Origin: Takakia lepidozioides
Lineage: Eukaryota > Plantae > Bryophyta
Assembly (NCBI GenBank): GCA_030704615.1
Contig: CM060732.1
Coordinates: forward strand, 65,162,001 to 65,226,000
DNA: 64,000 bases
Direction of reading: 5' to 3'
Position numbers and translations under genes: made by a program. The notes below the pieces were generated by a model. The model ran no database searches and was not told the DNA's origin. It saw nothing but the letters and a program-made list of their open reading frames with translations. Positions 58,968 to 64,000 of the stretch are shown here, piece by piece. Positions within the stretch are counted from its first letter, which is position 1. The number at the start of each line of letters is the position of its first letter.

Positions 58968-59569
58968 GTACAGCAGATTTTAGACGAGGCAAGCCTCAAG
59001 AAAATGAAGATGAGGGAGGAGGCAGCAGCTATTAGAGCCCGTCAGGTTCGTAGATTTGTCTTGGATTCAGCTGAGGAAAGTGGGGGAGAAGATGCAGAAG
59101 ATTCCCAGGAGGTGAGGTGGACAGTCCCCCAAGAGGACGGGATTTTTGAGAGGCATAGTGGAACTGATGCATCACAGAGCTCGGAGGATGATGGGGATGA
59201 GGGGGATGAGGAAGAAGGTGGGGCAAGTTCCTTGGAGGGTGTAGGAGAGTAGTGCCCATTCCGGCTATGACAGTTAGAACACACTTGTATAGACGTGGCT
59301 TGCCACAAAATTTGCAATAAAATGTTGCATTTCAAGTCCACTGGTACCACATTCCAACTTCACATGACCCTATTTCCGTGCCTCCTAACCCTATTTCTGT
59401 GGACTCACAATGGTCTGCTCATGTTTTTTTTTTATCCGCTCATGCTCATGCCGCTCATGAAATAGCAGCCCCCTCTGAGATCAATAGCCCTTTGTATGAC
59501 AAACTTGGGAAGGTGCGGTGGACTTGTGAAGAGGTAGTGAGTAGGTGCAATTGCACTAGAATTTGGGCC

Positions 59570-59772
59570 CGAGAGTGACTGCTTACAGATCAGGCCCTTC
59601 ATTATAGTTAGAGGAGAGAATAACCACTTTCAAACTCACCACACCATGAGGCGCCGAGCACAAGGCTCATGGGACACCCCCCAAAGGAAAGGGGGAGAAG
59701 ATCATACTACACTAGTAGGATTTGACCCTAAAATCACTTGGGTGGCACTTAGTGCTATCCAACTAAGCTACC
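59570..59772 (-). mobile_element. tRNA-derived SINE-like relic
   Basis: Minus-strand head GTAGCTTAGTTGG...GGGTCAAATCC (A/B box-like). The body at 59577-59680 matches 61313-61402 in inverted orientation. Confidence 0.5.
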
Positions 59773-61279
59773 TATTGGTGGTAATTAATTTTGGACGGGA
59801 GATAATGAGCTATTGAAGGTTTCTAGAGTGTTTCAAACTCGCATCAGTGCCTTCTATGTCCATCTCCATTGATCCAATTCTCTTTAATATCAAAATCATC
59901 ATATCACCATGATATGAACTACTGTGGATAATCTAGATGAAATATTTATGGAGAAATTCAAATTAACATTAAATATCCAACGCAATTTAACAAAACGGAA
60001 CATCCAATTTGTGATATATATCCATGTATCTAGGATGAAAGTTTTGTCAGTCTTGTTTATACATTTTCATCATACTTCGGATGAAATGTGCCTCTTGGAC
60101 CACGTGGAAGGGTGCCTCTTGGACCACATCTCTTCTCATATCACCTTTATAACTTATAATTGTGCATAGGGCCTATGCAATCCAACCACTCGAAGTAACA
60201 GGCTTCTGGGGACTCATGAAGCTTGTAAAATCATATTATTAGCCACAAGTGAAGGAAAAATATTTTGCTCTAGATCAAGCCATAAAACATATCATGCAAT
60301 CGACCTTGACAAATATGAATATGAGGAATTCCATAGAGGATTTTATTTTACTATGAATCCTTTCAAGCAGTTGGGAGAACATCAAGTTATCTTTTGCCCA
60401 AGAATTTTTAAGTGTGCCCCTCCATCCTTGTTTCAGTTGTTGGGTCATTTTTATTCTGCAAGTTGTAAGGTTTTTGTGGAAAATGAGATGTTTGTTAAAA
60501 TTTCTTCTCTTTTATTGTATACCCTTTTTGAAGACAAACTAAATACCTATGATGGTGGATTTATCTTGAAGAAGATATGGGCTTGAAAATTTTCAGCTTT
60601 TAGGTCATTAAAATGGTGAACCTTTGTGTTCCACAACTAATAGATGGTTAATAGGAAGTCGTGAAAAAAAACTTAGATGATCCACTACACTATGTTGATC
60701 GCCTCCAAAGGTATACATTTACATTTTTCTTTGCAATGTCAATGTACTAACATTTAAGTAATTTTAACGTGCACCGTGCAAGGGGTTTTGAGAATTAAAA
60801 TATAATTCTTGATAGGAAGAAAAAACTTTATAAAAATATCCTAGAACATGCCTATTCTTGTAATACTCGTTAGACCCTTAAGATGTTAGGTCTCGCATAA
60901 TTTAGAACATAAAGGCCAAAACATATTTTCTAATGTGGAACAGATCAAATGGGAGGCACGTTGTGACTTTATATATGGTCTTCCTGATTTATGTTATTTA
61001 CCATTGTTTTTGAGTCACTATTAATGGAGCCCCGGTGACTCAAACATCTACTCAAAGGAGCAAGTTGGTTAAGTTACTATACCTACATCCATGATAATAA
61101 GATGGTACGTTCAAAATAGTAAATATTGTTCTAGCTTACTTATATTATATCTGTATTGTATTGTATTCAAACGATATTATGGTTAGATATATGTGTTGTG
61201 AAGTGTATTGAAACTGAAAGAACGATATTAATATACTTCTCATTACATTTCGTTATAAGCTATGAAAATGAAATAAACA

Positions 61280-61432
61280 TAGAGTTGTAAGTTTAAGCCC
61301 ATCCCTTGGGCCGTGTCCCTAGAGCCTTGTGCTCGGCGCCTCATGGTGAGGTTATTTTCTCCTCTCACTATAATTAAGGGGCCTGATTTGTCAGCGGTCG
61401 CTCCAGGCTATTTACAAACAAAAAATAAAAAA
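61280..61432 (+). mobile_element. Second copy of the SINE-like element with A-rich tail
   Basis: GAGCCTTGTGCTCGGCGCCTCATGGTG core shared with 59640-59670; ends ACAAACAAAAAATAAAAAA. Confidence 0.5.
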
Positions 61433-64000
61433 CCCCATCTGGTGTATTTTATTCTTGCTAAAGTTGAAATGTAATCAACTGTTGTCGAGTCTTGAGGGTT
61501 GTTCTTTTCTCCATCCTTAAAACCTTAAACCACAAGGTTTTGAGTGATGATTTTTCAATGACATTTGGTTGATTTAATTTTCAAAAAAATGGGATTGGCA
61601 CACACCATTGAGTTATTTAAGAGTTATAAAAGAATATATAAATTAATATTCTAAAATACCGTTTTTTTTCCTCAAAGAAAATTTGGATTCATCATTTGTC
61701 TACACGACATCATGTACGAGTAGTTTTAGCCACCATTACTACATCCTTCCAATAAATTTGAAAACTTCACAAGAGTTTTCAAAGTAAATATTGTACACAT
61801 GATGTCCAATTATGGTTCATAATTTTTCAAGTTGAGACCTCAATCTAGAGCTATAGTACGAGTTTTTTTATGCTTAAGTCTATGGCCCTTTATTCTACTC
61901 CATCAATCCATGAAATGGCTTTGATGGTTCACACAACAATATTATTTGTAGGTGGATGTATTTTTTACAAACATGAACATTAACCACGGCCATTATGCTA
62001 TGCAATGGTACTTCTTAGCATTTCACGCAATTGATATATACACTCACTATTAGAAGTATGTGAGCAATCGATTTGGACAATCTGATTGTGGTTTGTTAAC
62101 ATTGTTAATTTGGCACAAGGGATTTTTTCATGGTTATAATGAATAAACAACATCGACATTGAATTCAAATGCTAGTTCCAAATGGACATTGCTCAAGTTA
62201 ATTAGAATAAAGAAGACCTAATGGATCATGTTAATAGTGGATTGATTAGAGGACCACAAACTATAAGCTAGTTGTCATCAAACAATATTACAGGAAGTAA
62301 TCCTCAAAATTGTCTACAAAAATGTTGAAAGAATTGAACAGTCTCAATGAATATTTTATTTGTGTTGTAAGAATTTATAATGGTGGCTAATCTTTATCAT
62401 TAGGTAGTCTACATTCGTTAATTTATTTCATGACACTCTAAAGTTGACGTCAATTTGTGATAACAGAGTCATACCGAAGAAGAAACTTTTGTCTTGTATT
62501 GACAATTGGAGGAAAATAATACCATGATACATTTGCACCATGGACAACAAATTTTGAGAAGGGCTTTATCTCAATGGGACTTGCATAAAGTGAAGCCCCA
62601 AAACACTTATAATACTACAATCAGTTCCTGATGGAAAAGGTTTGACTCACCTCACCATGATATATACTAATTTAAACAACGCATGTATGTTTGATTATCT
62701 GCCATTGAGATTTATCATTATGTATCGTTATTTACATTATGACTTCATGCTTGCACAAAGCAATTTTGATATATTCAATATTGAGTTGTTGTAATCGTTT
62801 GGAAGTTCTTGAAGTGGTAAGACTTATTGTAGATGTAATTTTTCAAATCCATAGATGAGTACAATGATTGTTAATTTTTTCAAAAAGCTCCATCCATATT
62901 TTTGTTGTTGTCTCCACTGTTGGCCTCCTAAACAGACCCAAATGTTTAAGTAAGAATTATTTACATGTTGCCTAGATATATAAAGAGACAAGGTTGACCA
63001 AAGTACAATAACTAAGAGTCTCTTCTCCTTGTGGTACCACTATAGACCTTAGACATCAATGAGCGTTTGGATGTGACAATGTCAAAGTTGAATATTGTGA
63101 TAAATATATAATTGTCTCAACATGGACAATGGATGACTTAGTGGCCAGGGCACAAGATTGCTTTACAAGTGATCATGGGTTGAAAGCAATATAGTTATAT
63201 GTCAGTATCATCTATATTTGTAGTCACTCCAATAACATGAAAAAGGACCATTTGTTCAACTGGTCACTTAGTGTGTAAATACTTATGGGCTTTTTGCAAG
63301 TGTAGTTTGCGGGAAAATTAGACAACCTTGCCTCGGTTTGGGCCTTTAGAAGATGTTCATTTTCCAAATGGAAGGTATTTTGGATCAAAGAGACCCACAT
63401 TCTTTCACACTTGTTTCGGTAGCAAAAGTGTTTCTTTAAAAAATATAGTTTTTTATTTTCTTTAATGGCCAACAACCCATTAATTTTGAAGGGATAACAT
63501 GTTAGCATTGAGGACCTAGGCTAAATAATTACTTCAAATTTGCAAGGTAATGAAACAATAGTGCAATGTTTTGTGGATGCAATCATTTACAGTTTGTGAG
63601 GTCTGATTAGCATGGGTAGCCATATCTTATAGCCCCATCATTAACGATCTTTAACTAAGAGCCTGATTAAAAACAATTTTTGTATGTAACATATACTATA
63701 TGGAAAAAAATCGATATTCTATAATCATATCATTAAGTACCTGTCATTCTGTAAACTATTTGAAACTTGACATATTTATTTTTGTAATTAGACAAAAAAC
63801 GTCTAGGTCGTTGAATGTTTTGTTTGTCAGTTTATTCAAAGTAGCTCGACAATCTAACAATTTTTGTAATATGATATATCACTATCTTACTATGGAACCT
63901 TATCTATCATGATATGCTTTTTCGGGGAGACAATATTTCAGTATTATCTTTTAACATTCGTAAAATTATTTTTGTGTTACAATTATATCTCATTGTCATA

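Noticed and set aside
59570-61410. Inverted ~100-bp repeats as TIRs of a Mutator-like element
   Set aside because: A tRNA-like head and an A-rich tail fit two oppositely oriented SINE-like copies better; no TSD seen.

Overview
Eukaryotic (land-plant-type, probably non-seed plant; inference) genomic window, rich in transposable elements. Three host genes can be reconstructed exon by exon. (1) An ankyrin-repeat Raf-like/integrin-linked kinase gene (+, 11659-33211, 11 coding exons) with pseudokinase substitutions and a C-terminal CaaX motif; its introns are filled with non-LTR retrotransposons. (2) Ribosomal protein RPL13A/uL13 (-). (3) Divergently transcribed from it, a CCCH-zinc-finger/KH-domain gene (+). 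Two outward-facing copies of one Ty3/Gypsy-type element lie at 1-3721 (-) and 49935-~58967 (+). The right copy carries a complete, decayed DNMT3-like C5 cytosine methyltransferase domain inside its polyprotein between the protease and the RT start. Its RT/RNase H is deleted and no 3' LTR is visible. This is the most striking feature of the window. The kinase introns hold a nested array of a (CT)n-associated APE-RT LINE family, including a copy inserted in reverse orientation into another copy with a 14-bp TSD. Also present are a second LINE family with (CATTT)n tails, RLE-type non-LTR fragments, a MITE, a CACTA-like end, a pogo-like transposase relic and tRNA-derived SINE-like relics. All calls were made by eye; no database searches were run.
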